DNA of 64,000 bases from Alphaproteobacteria bacterium (GTDB lineage: Bacteria; Pseudomonadota; Alphaproteobacteria; CALKHQ01): contig CBDDFZ010000001.1 in the NCBI GenBank assembly GCA_965227515.1, positions 3,840,001 to 3,904,000 of the forward strand, in the 5' to 3' direction. A program made the translations under genes and the position numbers. The stretch's first letter is position 1. Each line of letters begins with the position of its first letter. Below are positions 24,822 through 34,661 of the stretch, one piece after another. The notes under the pieces are model-generated. The model had not been told where the DNA came from and did not search any database. It was given only the letters and a program-made list of their open reading frames with translations.

Positions 24822-26504
24822 ATGGTGGTGCGGCTGACACTGCTGGTTGCCGGCGCTTGGCTGGCGCTGAGTGCAGTGGCTTTCTCGGCGGAGCCGACTG
24901 GCGTCGTCGGCGGGCCGCATGCAACGCGCGCCCACGAGCCGCTGTTCTACGACAATCTGGTCCTGAACTGGAACGAGACCATGCTGGCGGCGGTGCGCGC
25001 CAACCCGCCCCGCCCCACCGTGACCGCGCGCAACCTGCACCTGGTGCACAACGCCATTTACGATGCGTGGGCGGCCTATGACGCGGTCGCCATCGGCACC
25101 CGTTATGGCGATGCCCTGCGGCGCCCCGCGGACGAGCACACCGAGGCCAACATGGCGCTGGCGGTGAACTATGCCGCGCACCGCACCGCCTCCGCGCTCT
25201 ATCCCCAGAACAGCGACCTTTTCGATGCCGTCATGCAGGCACAGGGCCTGCCGATCGACTGGGACGACCACGACCCGGCGAGCCCGGTCGGCATCGGCAA
25301 CCTGGCGGCCGAGGCGGTGCTGGCCTATTGGGCCGACGACGGCTCGAACTGGCAGGCGAACTACGCCGACACCATCGGCTACCAGCCGGTCAACGCGCCC
25401 GACGTGGCGCCCGGCAGCGACGCCTTCGACGCCAATGCGTGGCAGCCTCTGACGGTGCCGACCGGCGCGGTGCTGGACGAGCACGGCAATCCGGCGATCA
25501 CCGACGACCCCGACTCTTACACGGTGCAGTCCTACCTGACCCCGCATTGGGGCCTGGTGCGCACCTTTGCGATGCCCAGCGGGGACGCGGTGCGCCCGGT
25601 GGGCCCGCCGGTGTTCGGCGACCACAGCGAATATGTCGATGCCCTGGGCAACGTCACCACCAACCACGAGGCATGGCTGGACCAGTTCGGCGAGGTGCTG
25701 GTGCTGACCGGCAGCCTGGCCGATCCCGAATATGGGGCCGTCCGCCGTTGCATCGCAGAGTTCTGGGCCGATGGCCCGCGGTCCGACACGCCGCCGGGCC
25801 ACTGGAACCAGATCGCCCAGGGCATCGTGCTGCGCGAGGGGTATGGCATCGGCGACACGGCCAAACTCTACCTGGCGCTGACCGGCGCCCTGCACGACGC
25901 CGCGATTGCGGCGTGGGATGCCAAGCTCACCTACAACTTCAACCGTCCGGTGACCGCGATCCGCCATGCCTGGGCCGGGCAGCTCGTGATGTCGTGGGTG
26001 GGGCCCAACCGGGGCGTGCACGTGATCCCGGCCGAAGACTGGCAGCCCTACCAGCAGTCCACCTTCGTCACCCCGCCGTTCCCGGAATACGTCTCCGGGC
26101 ACAGCACCTTCAGCATGTCGGCGGCCACCGCGATTGCCGGCTACGTGGGCAGCGACGTGTTCTACGACCATGCCAATCCGGTCACCATCGGCCTGGACCT
26201 TGACGACTGGCCGGGGCCTGACACGCTGGGCCGCTTCGTCGACACGTCGCTGACCTTCGAGAATTATGACGGCCCGCCGATGGTGCTGCGCTGGCCGACA
26301 CTGTTCGACGCCGCGCGGCAGGCCGGCTTCTCGCGCCTATACGGCGGTATCCATATCCAGGATGCCAATCTGCGCGGTGGCGAAATGGGGGCGGCCATTG
26401 GCGAGATGGCGCTGGCCCACGCCGCAGCGTATTTCGACGGCACCGCCGCCATCGGCAACCCCGCTGACCTGGGCGCGCCACCGGTTCCGCCGGCACCGCT
26501 CTGA
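24822..26504 (+). CDS. Secreted vanadium-dependent haloperoxidase-like / PAP2 protein
   Basis: AKLTYNFNRP (K..RP), PPFPEYVSGHS, SRLYGGIH vanadate/phosphate motifs; signal peptide. Confidence 0.88.
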   Translation: MVVRLTLLVAGAWLALSAVAFSAEPTGVVGGPHATRAHEPLFYDNLVLNWNETMLAAVRANPPRPTVTARNLHLVHNAIYDAWAAYDAVAIGTRYGDALRRPADEHTEANMALAVNYAAHRTASALYPQNSDLFDAVMQAQGLPIDWDDHDPASPVGIGNLAAEAVLAYWADDGSNWQANYADTIGYQPVNAPDVAPGSDAFDANAWQPLTVPTGAVLDEHGNPAITDDPDSYTVQSYLTPHWGLVRTFAMPSGDAVRPVGPPVFGDHSEYVDALGNVTTNHEAWLDQFGEVLVLTGSLADPEYGAVRRCIAEFWADGPRSDTPPGHWNQIAQGIVLREGYGIGDTAKLYLALTGALHDAAIAAWDAKLTYNFNRPVTAIRHAWAGQLVMSWVGPNRGVHVIPAEDWQPYQQSTFVTPPFPEYVSGHSTFSMSAATAIAGYVGSDVFYDHANPVTIGLDLDDWPGPDTLGRFVDTSLTFENYDGPPMVLRWPTLFDAARQAGFSRLYGGIHIQDANLRGGEMGAAIGEMALAHAAAYFDGTAAIGNPADLGAPPVPPAPL

Positions 26505-26677
26505 TCCGCACACACGCGGGGGGCCGCGCCCCGCACCCGATGCCCCTGCCCGGCATGCGGCCGCCGATGACGCGCATCTGAATTCAGAATGCGTCTATAG
26601 GTTGCTAGACGACCACACTACCTCGTGTAATCCTGGCGTTACGAGATCGCTGATGATCTTATTCGGGGGGTTACACG

Positions 26678-27385
26678 ATGATATTGCATACATATTTACG
26701 TCAAAACCACACGATAGTACGCGTTTCGAGTGCATTTGTATGCGGCCTGATAGCGCTTGTTGTGGCCATCCCCCAGGTGGAAGCCATGGTCATCTTCGGT
26801 GTCGCCGAGCACGATGCGGCGAACCCGGGCCCGTACCCGCAGTTCGCTGACGTCATGGCACGACATGCCGAGGAGACCGCACGGCAGTCGGCGGACTGCC
26901 CCGGCGGCGGCGACGCGTTCTGCCGCGCCGCGACGGTTTGGAGCGACACGACACGTGCCTGGTCCGGCCTGTCGTGGCGGCGGAAGCTGGATCTGGTCAA
27001 TAGCCACTTCAACCGCATGCCCTACAGCGCCGACGAGGCCAACTGGCAGCAGACCGACTACTGGACCACGCCGCATCAGTTTGTGCAGCATGGCGGCGAC
27101 TGCGAGGACTATGCGATTGCCAAGTACTTCGCGCTGCGCCAGTTGGGCTTCGATGCCGATAGTCTGCGCATCGTGATCGCGGTCGACGAGCGGCGGCGGG
27201 TGCTGCATGCGGTGCTGGTGGTGCATGTGCAGGGCGAGACGTTTCTGTTGGACAGCCTGCAGCCGGATGTGGGGACGCCCGAGGACGCGACGCAGTACAC
27301 GCCGCTGATGTCACTCAATGAGCACGGCCGCTGGTATTTCTTCGAGGCCCGAGGCGCCGCCAATCTGGCGCTCTCGCCGGAATAG
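26678..27385 (+). CDS. Transglutaminase-like cysteine protease (BTLCP/LapG, peptidase C93)
   Basis: DYWTTP..GGDCEDYAIAKY, HAVLVV, LLDS catalytic triad. Confidence 0.92.
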   Translation: MILHTYLRQNHTIVRVSSAFVCGLIALVVAIPQVEAMVIFGVAEHDAANPGPYPQFADVMARHAEETARQSADCPGGGDAFCRAATVWSDTTRAWSGLSWRRKLDLVNSHFNRMPYSADEANWQQTDYWTTPHQFVQHGGDCEDYAIAKYFALRQLGFDADSLRIVIAVDERRRVLHAVLVVHVQGETFLLDSLQPDVGTPEDATQYTPLMSLNEHGRWYFFEARGAANLALSPE

Positions 27386-27468
27386 TGGCACCACGCCGAC
27401 GCTCGAACATGGCCGGGCACTTGATATCATCTCCCATATTTGTAAGTATATACTTACATAATTGGGAG

Positions 27469-27774
27469 ATGGCGATGCTGGCTTTTCACATCCGCTACAG
27501 GGTGGCGCCGGAGCGCGCGGACGAGAATGCGGCGGCAGTGGCGGAATTCGTTGCCACTATGGCGAAGGAAGGCGACCCCGGTGTCAGCTACACGTCCTAC
27601 CGGCTGAACGAGACCGCGTTCGTCCATGTCGCCCACTTCGCCGACGAAGACGCCAAGGCGCGGTTCCAGGCGCATCCGGCGTTCGCCGGCTTCGCCGCCG
27701 GGCTGAAGGACCGCGCGGTCGACGGGCCGACGGCCACCCAGATCGACGTGGTGGCGACCACCACGCCGCTGTAG
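27469..27774 (+). CDS. Small ABM/dimeric alpha-beta barrel-like protein
   Basis: IRYRVAPE..YTSY..FVHV..F..HPAF pattern; GGGAG RBS. Confidence 0.7.
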   Translation: MAMLAFHIRYRVAPERADENAAAVAEFVATMAKEGDPGVSYTSYRLNETAFVHVAHFADEDAKARFQAHPAFAGFAAGLKDRAVDGPTATQIDVVATTTPL

Positions 27775-27783
27775 CGCGCACTA

Positions 27784-28604
27784 AGGCCTGTTGAGATTCA
27801 GGATTCCTCTCCGTGCTTGGTTGTGATTCAAGCTTCGGATGGAACGATTCGTACTGAGTGACGCCCAATGGGCGAAGATGGAACCCCATTGCTTGGGCAA
27901 GCCGAGCGATCCGGGCCGCAGTGGCGCTGACAACCGGCGCTTTGTCGAAGCCGTGCTGTGGGTGGTGCGTACGGGCAGCCCGTGGCGTGATCTCCCGACA
28001 TCTTTTGGCCCTTGGAACACGGTCTTTAAGCGATACCGCGACTGGGTCAAAGCAGACGTCTTCGTGCGGCTGTTCGAGGCCTGCTTGGACGAGCCGGACA
28101 TGGAATACGCCATGGTTGATGCCACCATTGTCAAGGTGCACCGCCACGGCCAGGGCGCAAAAGGGGGACTCAAAGCCAGGCCATCGGCCGCTCCAAGGGC
28201 GGGATGACGACGAAGATCCTCGCGCTGTGTGATGCGCTTGGCAATCTGGTGCGTTTCGTGCTCCTGCCCGGCCATCGCTACGATACGGTTGGCGTGCCGC
28301 CGCTCATCGACGGACTCTCCTTCAAGGCGATGATCGCGGACAAAGCGTTCGACACCAGCGCCATCGTTGCTGACCTCAACGAGCGCGGTGCCAAGATCGT
28401 CATATCCCAGCATCCGCGCCGCGCCAGCCCGCTGCAAATCGACGCCGAGATGTACAAATGGCGTCATCTGATCGAAAACTTCTTCTGCAAACTCAAAGAG
28501 TTCAAGCGAATCGCCATGCGTGCAGACAAAACCGACACAAGCTTCAACGCCATCATCCATCTCGCAGCAGCTGTCATAAACTCGCGATGAATCTCAACAG
28601 GCCC
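27784..28604 (+). mobile_element. IS5-family element (IS427-like, two frameshifted ORFs)
   Basis: Perfect 16-bp IRs GGCCTGTTGAGATTCA / TGAATCTCAACAGGCC; TA on both sides. Confidence 0.92.
27839..28590 (+). CDS. IS5 transposase orfA (27839-28207) plus orfB, joined by a probable -1 frameshift
   Basis: LSDAQW, RTGSPWRDLP, VDATI; slippery AAAAGGGGG near 28159; ADKAFD, YKWRHLIENFFCKLKEFKRIAMRADK. Confidence 0.9.
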
Positions 28605-28778
28605 TAGAGCATGATCACTTAAGTCGGCACCAGCCCTCTCCCCCACCCGGCCACCGCCCATACTCCACGGGGAGAGTATCCTGCTGGGTGGCCGGGTGCC
28701 AAAAGGGAGCGCGGATGCGCGACCGCATGGAAATGGGAGAGGGCTGGCACAGATTCAGCGTAAGCTGATCCCGGTCTA
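28605..28778 (+). repeat. TA-flanked palindromic MITE-like repeat (longer cargo)
   Basis: Same ends as 10839-10966 with an extra internal segment. Confidence 0.9.
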
Positions 28779-29378
28779 ACGGCGGTACCAGAAGCGCGCC
28801 GGGCCGGTGTCCATGTGTACGAACTGGCTGCGCCAATAGATGCCCAGCCCCCCTGCCCCGATGCGCTGTGCCTGGTTGGCCAGGATGTGGATGCCATAGC
28901 CCTGCACCGCCACGTCCACGGCCATTCCCTCCTTGTGGTAGCTGTTGAGCGCCGCGCCCTCGCTACGCAACGCCTCGTTGGTCGCCTCGGTGCGGAAGCC
29001 TGAGAGCACGCTGAGCGTCACCAGATGGCCGCGCGCTACCATGTACCGGCTGGTCAGCGCCCACATCAGGTCATAGACGCCGGGGTCCATGGCCACCGCC
29101 ACCCCCTCGCGAAAGTCGCGGGTCAGCCAGTCCAGCGCGTCCAGCGCTTCCGGCTGGTAGTCGGTGCCGTCATGATAGATGTCGTCAAACCGGTCGCCGG
29201 TGTGCACATTGTGCAGACGCAATCGACGCTCGCCAGCGGCCAGCGCCGGCCGGTGAGGCACCGCCGCCGCCACGCCCAGCGCTGCCGCGCCGGCCAGGAA
29301 GCGGCGCCGTCCGGTGCGGGCCCGGGAGGTGTCGACCGGGGAGCTGTCGTCCGATGCTGTGCGCGTCATCACATTCAT
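28776..29378 (-). CDS. YcbK/DUF882 (peptidase M15) protein with Tat signal
   Basis: GRRRFL Tat motif; SGFRT..TN..LR, NSYH..GMAVD, GLGIY..FVHMDTG. Confidence 0.92.
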   Translation of the reverse strand: MNVMTRTASDDSSPVDTSRARTGRRRFLAGAAALGVAAAVPHRPALAAGERRLRLHNVHTGDRFDDIYHDGTDYQPEALDALDWLTRDFREGVAVAMDPGVYDLMWALTSRYMVARGHLVTLSVLSGFRTEATNEALRSEGAALNSYHKEGMAVDVAVQGYGIHILANQAQRIGAGGLGIYWRSQFVHMDTGPARFWYRR

Positions 29379-29460
29379 CCATGAACCCGTTCATTAGACA
29401 GCGCGACCGATATCCCGCAGCCCATACCCCCCTCAATCAAAGACCAGGGAGAAACCCGAC

Positions 29461-30834
29461 ATGACCCACGATAAATGGGGTGAACCGGTATCCAACGCCA
29501 GCGCTTCCGCCATCGAGCAATACAACGAAGCCGTCGGCAGCATGCTGCGCTACGTCGGTGATCCGACGGAACCGCTTAGCATTGCGTTAACCGAAAGCCC
29601 CGACTTCGCCCTCGCCCGCTGCTTCACCGCCGAGATCTGCGCCGTGATGACCCAGCCGGAGCTGATGGACGACGCGGCCAAGGAGGTCGCGGCCGCCGAA
29701 TCGGTCGCCACCGCCAATGAGCGCGAGCGCGGCCACATCGCCGCCGCCAAGGCGCTGGTCGCCGGCGACTACGACGACGCGGCCGACAAGTTCGAGCGCA
29801 TCCTGATCGATCACCCCCACGACATGCAAGCGCTGCAGATGGCGCACCTGATGGATTTCTACCGGGGAGACGCGGTGAACCTGCGCGACCGCATCGCGCG
29901 GCGCCGCCCGTACTGGTCCGCCAGCGACCCGGACTACGGGTTCGTGCTGGGCATGCAGGCATTCGGCCTGGAGGAATGCAACCAGTACGCCGAGGCCGAG
30001 GAGGCCGGCCGCGCAGCGCTGGAACAGGCCGCGGAGGATTGCTGGGCGACTCACGCCGTGACCCACGTGTTGGAGATGCAGGGGCGCCACGCGGAGGGCA
30101 TTCCCTTCCTCGCCGGCAGTGAGGCGAACTGGGCGCAGGACGGCAACGCCTTCGCCTATCACAATTGGTGGCACCTCTCGCTGTTCCACCTGGAGCAGGA
30201 GTCCTTCGACGAGGTGCGCCGGCTCTACGACGAGAAGATCCACCCTGGGCAGACCGACATCGCGCTGGAGCTGATCGACGCCTCGGCCATCCTGTGGCGA
30301 CTGCACCTGATGGACCAGCCCGTCGGCGACCGCTGGAACGAGATCGCCGATGCCTGGGAAGCGCGGGTCCAGGACGGCTACTACGCCTTCAACGATGCCC
30401 ACGCGATGATGGCGTTTGTCGGCGCCGACCGCCCGGCCGCGGCCAAGGCTTTGTTGCGGCGGATGACCGAGGCGACCGACGGGTCGTCCACCAACGCCAT
30501 GATGACCCGCGATATCGGCTTGCCGGTCGCGCGCGCCATCCAGGCGTTCGGCAATGGTGATTATGCGACCGCGACCGACCTGTTGCTGCCGGTGCGGGCC
30601 TACGCCAACCGCTTCGGCGGCAGCCATGCCCAGCGCGATGTGCTGACCCGCACCTTGATCGAGGCGGCGCTGCGGGCCGGGCAGTACTCGGCCGCCCGCG
30701 CGGTGTGCAACGAGCGGACGGCCGCGAAGCCGAAGAGCCCGTTCCTGTGGAAGCAGATGATCCGCGCGACCCGCGGACTCGGTGACACGGCCGCGACCGA
30801 GACGGCCGAGGCAAAGCTGGCGGCGGCGGCCTGA
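29461..30834 (+). CDS. TTC38-like tetratricopeptide repeat protein
   Basis: AFGLEE, WATHAVTHVLEMQG, HNWWH, DASAILWRL, GGSHAQRD. Confidence 0.9.
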   Translation: MTHDKWGEPVSNASASAIEQYNEAVGSMLRYVGDPTEPLSIALTESPDFALARCFTAEICAVMTQPELMDDAAKEVAAAESVATANERERGHIAAAKALVAGDYDDAADKFERILIDHPHDMQALQMAHLMDFYRGDAVNLRDRIARRRPYWSASDPDYGFVLGMQAFGLEECNQYAEAEEAGRAALEQAAEDCWATHAVTHVLEMQGRHAEGIPFLAGSEANWAQDGNAFAYHNWWHLSLFHLEQESFDEVRRLYDEKIHPGQTDIALELIDASAILWRLHLMDQPVGDRWNEIADAWEARVQDGYYAFNDAHAMMAFVGADRPAAAKALLRRMTEATDGSSTNAMMTRDIGLPVARAIQAFGNGDYATATDLLLPVRAYANRFGGSHAQRDVLTRTLIEAALRAGQYSAARAVCNERTAAKPKSPFLWKQMIRATRGLGDTAATETAEAKLAAAA

Positions 30835-30856
30835 CCGCAGGCCTCCCCGTTGGATC

Positions 30857-30974
30857 TAGATCGGGATCAGCTAACGCTGAATCTGCCCCGACCGTCTCCG
30901 CCACCGCTACAATAACCGCAGCGGCCACAAAATGAGATACAAGGGCCGGGGCCGACTTACGTGATCATGCTCTA
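30857..30974 (-). repeat. TA-flanked MITE-like repeat, inverted copy with different cargo
   Basis: TAGATCGGGATCAGCTAACGCTGAATCTGC and GCCGACTTACGTGATCATGCTCTA are reverse complements of the family ends. Confidence 0.88.
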
Positions 30975-31238
30975 CGCGAGGGATCGAGGACCGGCCAGAA
31001 CGGCACCGGGCGCCTCATCCCTCGCTTCACAGGCCTGCCCGATCTCCCAAATGGCATGTTCCAGCATCGTGGCGGACTGACCGATGCCCATGCCGCGCAA
31101 ATCTTCGGCCAGATAGGCCAGGCAGTGTTGAATCGCCGCGGCCTGGCGCTCCCAGTCCTCGTCCTGACGAATCACCGCCTCGAGCAACGCGGCGCTATTG
31201 CGAGCTGTCATTTCAAGATTTCTCCCTGAAAACACCAA
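30972..31238 (-). CDS. Small hypothetical protein
   Basis: Helical ORF (CLAYLAEDLRGMG); TAG stop provided by the repeat end. Confidence 0.55.
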   Translation of the reverse strand: MVFSGRNLEMTARNSAALLEAVIRQDEDWERQAAAIQHCLAYLAEDLRGMGIGQSATMLEHAIWEIGQACEARDEAPGAVLAGPRSLA

Positions 31239-31374
31239 CTACGTGTCGTGACGTCGCGGTGTCGGACCTTGGGGATTCGATCGTGCTGCGGCCAAATGCC
31301 GTAGAAACAAACTCGTCATTTGAGGTAACTTGCCGTCTTCGCTGCAACGTGCCGCCCAACTGACGAGAGGTTGC

Positions 31375-31992
31375 ATGGCCAGGATTGGCTGGTGGCGCAT
31401 TTGTTTCCTTGCGGGCAATGCTCACCGAACCATCACGAGAAAAGAATTTCTCGATCTCAAATCCGGTGTTGAAACGCTGCCCGAATTCGCGGGCCAACAT
31501 TGGCGTGTCGCCCATGTCTTCGCGATCTGTAAGGATCAAGTGCCTGTCGATATCGTCGCGGTAGAAGGGATTGTCTGGCGCTTCGACCGGCTCGGGGCGG
31601 TCGATCATGGCGTGCCCCCCTTCGACATGGCCGCCTTCAATCGCAGATTGCGCGGCCTGCGCGACCGGCCGACGCCGTTCAAGACAGGCGACCGTTGGCA
31701 TCCGACGCCTGCCGAAATGGCGGTCGTGGAGCGCGTCGTCTGGCCTGGAGGACGCGGTGCGACGATGCCGGCGCGCGAAGAGCGGGACTGGGTGCCGAAC
31801 TCGCCCCTGTCGCGCGCCTTCAAGGCCGTCGACGATGCCGCGCAATGGCACGAACTCACCGGGATATCCCAGTTGGTGCAATTGACGCCCAAGGTCACAC
31901 GCCAGATCGCCACCGCCTTGCGGCTCGACCCCGATGCGATCAACGCGCTGATCGCGGCAAATGCCGGCGACGCACACGGCGCTCGTCATTGA
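31375..31992 (+). CDS. Hypothetical protein
   Basis: 205-aa ORF with GAGAGG RBS; no recognised motif. Confidence 0.6.
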   Translation: MARIGWWRICFLAGNAHRTITRKEFLDLKSGVETLPEFAGQHWRVAHVFAICKDQVPVDIVAVEGIVWRFDRLGAVDHGVPPFDMAAFNRRLRGLRDRPTPFKTGDRWHPTPAEMAVVERVVWPGGRGATMPAREERDWVPNSPLSRAFKAVDDAAQWHELTGISQLVQLTPKVTRQIATALRLDPDAINALIAANAGDAHGARH

Positions 31993-32088
31993 TTCGGTCT
32001 GGCGTAGCAATTTCTGGGGCAATTCTAGGGCTTCCTGCGAGGTGGGCGGTTGCCCGGCAATTGCCGGGCAACACACCTTTCGTTGGCC

Positions 32089-32553
32089 TCAGGCCGCCAA
32101 CGGCGGCAGTGGCGTGCGGCTGGGCATGAAGCAGCACAGCGGCGCCAGGCCCGGGTCGACAGCCGTTTCTTCGTCGGCTTCCAGCGAGATGCCGTGACGG
32201 TCCAGGAAGTAGGCGCGGGTGAAGTCCCACGCTTCCTGCCATTCCTCGGTCAGATAGGCCTCGGGATCGTGGTGCAGATAGGCACCGAAGACATTGCGGC
32301 AATCGTTGAAATACTGCTCCGTCATCAGGATGTGACGGTGCCAGCACTTGTCCACGTCCACCGCCGGCGCAACGCGACGATCCGGGTGCTCCACGCACAT
32401 TTCCAAAAAGACACGATAAAGCTTGATCGCACGCTCGGCGCGCGCCGGATCCAACCCATCCTTCTTGATAATGTGCTTGTGAATAATCGAAAGGTCCATC
32501 TCGCGGACGGCCTTGATCTGACGAGCTAATTCAAATTCATTGACCTGGGTCAT
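32089..32553 (-). CDS. GRDP/DUF1399-like (glycine-rich-domain family) protein
   Basis: YRVFL..P..DVDKCWHRHILMT..Y..DC..VFG.YLHH.P motif; AAGGAGGT RBS. Confidence 0.8.
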   Translation of the reverse strand: MTQVNEFELARQIKAVREMDLSIIHKHIIKKDGLDPARAERAIKLYRVFLEMCVEHPDRRVAPAVDVDKCWHRHILMTEQYFNDCRNVFGAYLHHDPEAYLTEEWQEAWDFTRAYFLDRHGISLEADEETAVDPGLAPLCCFMPSRTPLPPLAA

Positions 32554-32614
32554 TTTGATCACCTCCTTGGTTGCGGCAATATTGCCTAATGAATCGCGAT
32601 CATTTTCTTATTGT

Positions 32615-33706
32615 TTATTTCTCGAATACCTCCGCCAAATGGCCGATCACGCGCACCAGCTCCGACTGGCCCCGCACCCCGACTTTGGCGTAGACGCTGG
32701 TCAACTGGTTGCGCACCGTCTTGAGGGCCGACCCACGCTGCTGCGCGACTTCGCGCAGGCTGTAGCCGGCGCCCATCAGGCAGGCGACCTCGGCCTCGGC
32801 GTTGGACAGCTTGAACAGGTCGATCAGGTGCTGCTTGGGCGGCATCGGCCGCCGGCTCGGGTCGAACACCGACAACAGCGATCCGCTGGGCCCGTCCGAG
32901 ACCACTGGCCCCAGATCGGCCAACGCGCGGACCGTGAACAGGTAGGGCGGCAAGCCGCTGCCCCGCCGCACCGAGAAAGTCGTCGCCCCCCAGTCGCCAT
33001 CCGCCGTGGCGCACTCGGCGATCGCGGTCTCGTAGCGGGTCTGGCAGCTTGAGTGCTCGAAATGGAACTTGCCGCGACGCAAGCTGATGCCATCGTCGGC
33101 AAACACCACGCCCAACATGGCCGGGTTCAGATACTGGATGCCGCCCTGGGCATCGGTTATCGCAACCGGGGTGCGCACGGCCGCGAAAGCACGCACCATC
33201 TTCGACATCAAGCTGTTGGCAAGGTTTAGCGAGTACATCGGCAGCGGCGACAGTGCCCGCCCGAGGTCGCGCAGTGTCGTCGCATCGAGTTGGGAGTGCG
33301 TCGCAATTTCGGCTGTTTCCGACGCGAGCCGGGTCCGAACCTGATACTGTCCGCCAGACGGCAGTGGTCGCTGCTGAACCAAGAACACGGACCCGTCGGA
33401 ATGCCGCCGCACGAAGTCTTCGGCGGAGAAGACCGACCGCCACTTCTTGGTTTCGGCGAGGACGTTGTCCAAGTCCTCGTAGATATCTGGGTTGTCAAAA
33501 ATCCTGTGGACCACGCATTGTCGATAAATGGTGTCGTAATCCAGCTCATCGTCATAGTTCAGAAACGAGAAATATTTACGGAATGCGCTGTTCGCTGCGG
33601 TCACCTTGCCCGCATCATCGAACGCCACAAACATTTCTTTTGATTTTTCATAGCGCTGCATAAGTACAGCTAGTTCCCGCGCTGCCATCGCCCCCATGCT
33701 CCCCAT
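32615..33706 (-). CDS. PAS-domain LuxR-family regulator
   Basis: Two PAS-like segments; C-terminal LSNAEAEVA..GYSLREVA..TVRNQLTSVYAKVGVRGQSELV. Confidence 0.88.
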   Translation of the reverse strand: MGSMGAMAARELAVLMQRYEKSKEMFVAFDDAGKVTAANSAFRKYFSFLNYDDELDYDTIYRQCVVHRIFDNPDIYEDLDNVLAETKKWRSVFSAEDFVRRHSDGSVFLVQQRPLPSGGQYQVRTRLASETAEIATHSQLDATTLRDLGRALSPLPMYSLNLANSLMSKMVRAFAAVRTPVAITDAQGGIQYLNPAMLGVVFADDGISLRRGKFHFEHSSCQTRYETAIAECATADGDWGATTFSVRRGSGLPPYLFTVRALADLGPVVSDGPSGSLLSVFDPSRRPMPPKQHLIDLFKLSNAEAEVACLMGAGYSLREVAQQRGSALKTVRNQLTSVYAKVGVRGQSELVRVIGHLAEVFEK

Positions 33707-33871
33707 TTAGATTTAGCGTCGCTCCCCGAGAGAGAACCATGGGCGATTATTCCTAACGGCGGTGAACCTTTTGTGACAGTTAGGTAGCCTCCCCTGACCT
33801 ATATGAGCCCACCGACAGGGCCGCGCCGCGTTTGGGCGCGGAACCTTGGGACGAATGGCCCAAAACTACTT

Positions 33872-33889
33872 TGTGTACAACTGCATACA
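33872..33889. promoter_or_regulatory. Putative GntR/FadR-type operator
   Basis: Tandem TGTGTACA and TGCATACA about 20 nt upstream of gntR. Confidence 0.5.
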
Positions 33890-33908
33890 ATCTAACTATG
33901 TTGTGCCC

Positions 33909-34661
33909 ATGTCAGCCGAAGTTGCGGGTCCGAACGCTGCGAATTCCGAGATCGATTGGGAAGCCATCCGGCTGAGCGGCAGATCGGAGGTCTCCGAGCG
34001 CGCCGGCCACGGCGAACGGCTGCACGACATTCTGCGTCACGCTGTCATGACCGGCCTGTTGGCACCGGGCGACCGCTTGCGCGAAACACAGATGGCGAAG
34101 GCCCTGCACGTCAGCCGCACGCCGCTGCGCGAGGCTCTGCAACGGCTGCGCAATGCCGGGCTAGTCACGCAGTCGCCGCACGGCGGGTGGCACGTCGTGA
34201 AGCTGAGCCATGCCGAGATCGTCGACCTGTACCAAATGCGCGCGGTGATCGAGGCGGCCGGAGCCGGCTTCGCGGCCAACCGCGCGTCCTATGCCGAGCG
34301 CGAGCGCCTGAAAGGCATGCTGGTCGAGGAAGCGACGCTGCAGGCTCGGGGCGACCCGGACGCGATGGCGCGCCACAACCGGGCGTTCCACGCCGCCATT
34401 CACCAGGCTGCGCACAATCCATTCCTGCTCAACGCCGTGGAAGGCATGCGCGCGGCCCTGGTGCTGGTGGGCCCCACCACGTTCATATTGCCGGAGCGCA
34501 TGCAGTCGGTGACCCAGGAGCATCGCGCGATTGCCGAAGCGATCATCCGCAACGATGCCGATAGCGCCGAGAAAGCTGCCCGCCAGCATATTCGCAATGC
34601 CGAGGCTGCACGGCTGGCTTGGCGCGCACAACAGGCAACGGACCAGCCGGAATGGGACTGA
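33909..34661 (+). CDS. GntR-family regulator (FCD domain)
   Basis: PGDRLRE..VSRTPLREAL; NRAFH, EHRAI. Confidence 0.93.
   Translation: MSAEVAGPNAANSEIDWEAIRLSGRSEVSERAGHGERLHDILRHAVMTGLLAPGDRLRETQMAKALHVSRTPLREALQRLRNAGLVTQSPHGGWHVVKLSHAEIVDLYQMRAVIEAAGAGFAANRASYAERERLKGMLVEEATLQARGDPDAMARHNRAFHAAIHQAAHNPFLLNAVEGMRAALVLVGPTTFILPERMQSVTQEHRAIAEAIIRNDADSAEKAARQHIRNAEAARLAWRAQQATDQPEWD

Noticed and set aside
27781-28560. 259-aa ORF antisense to the IS5 transposase
   Set aside because: Common antisense frame of IS5-type elements; no independent evidence of function.
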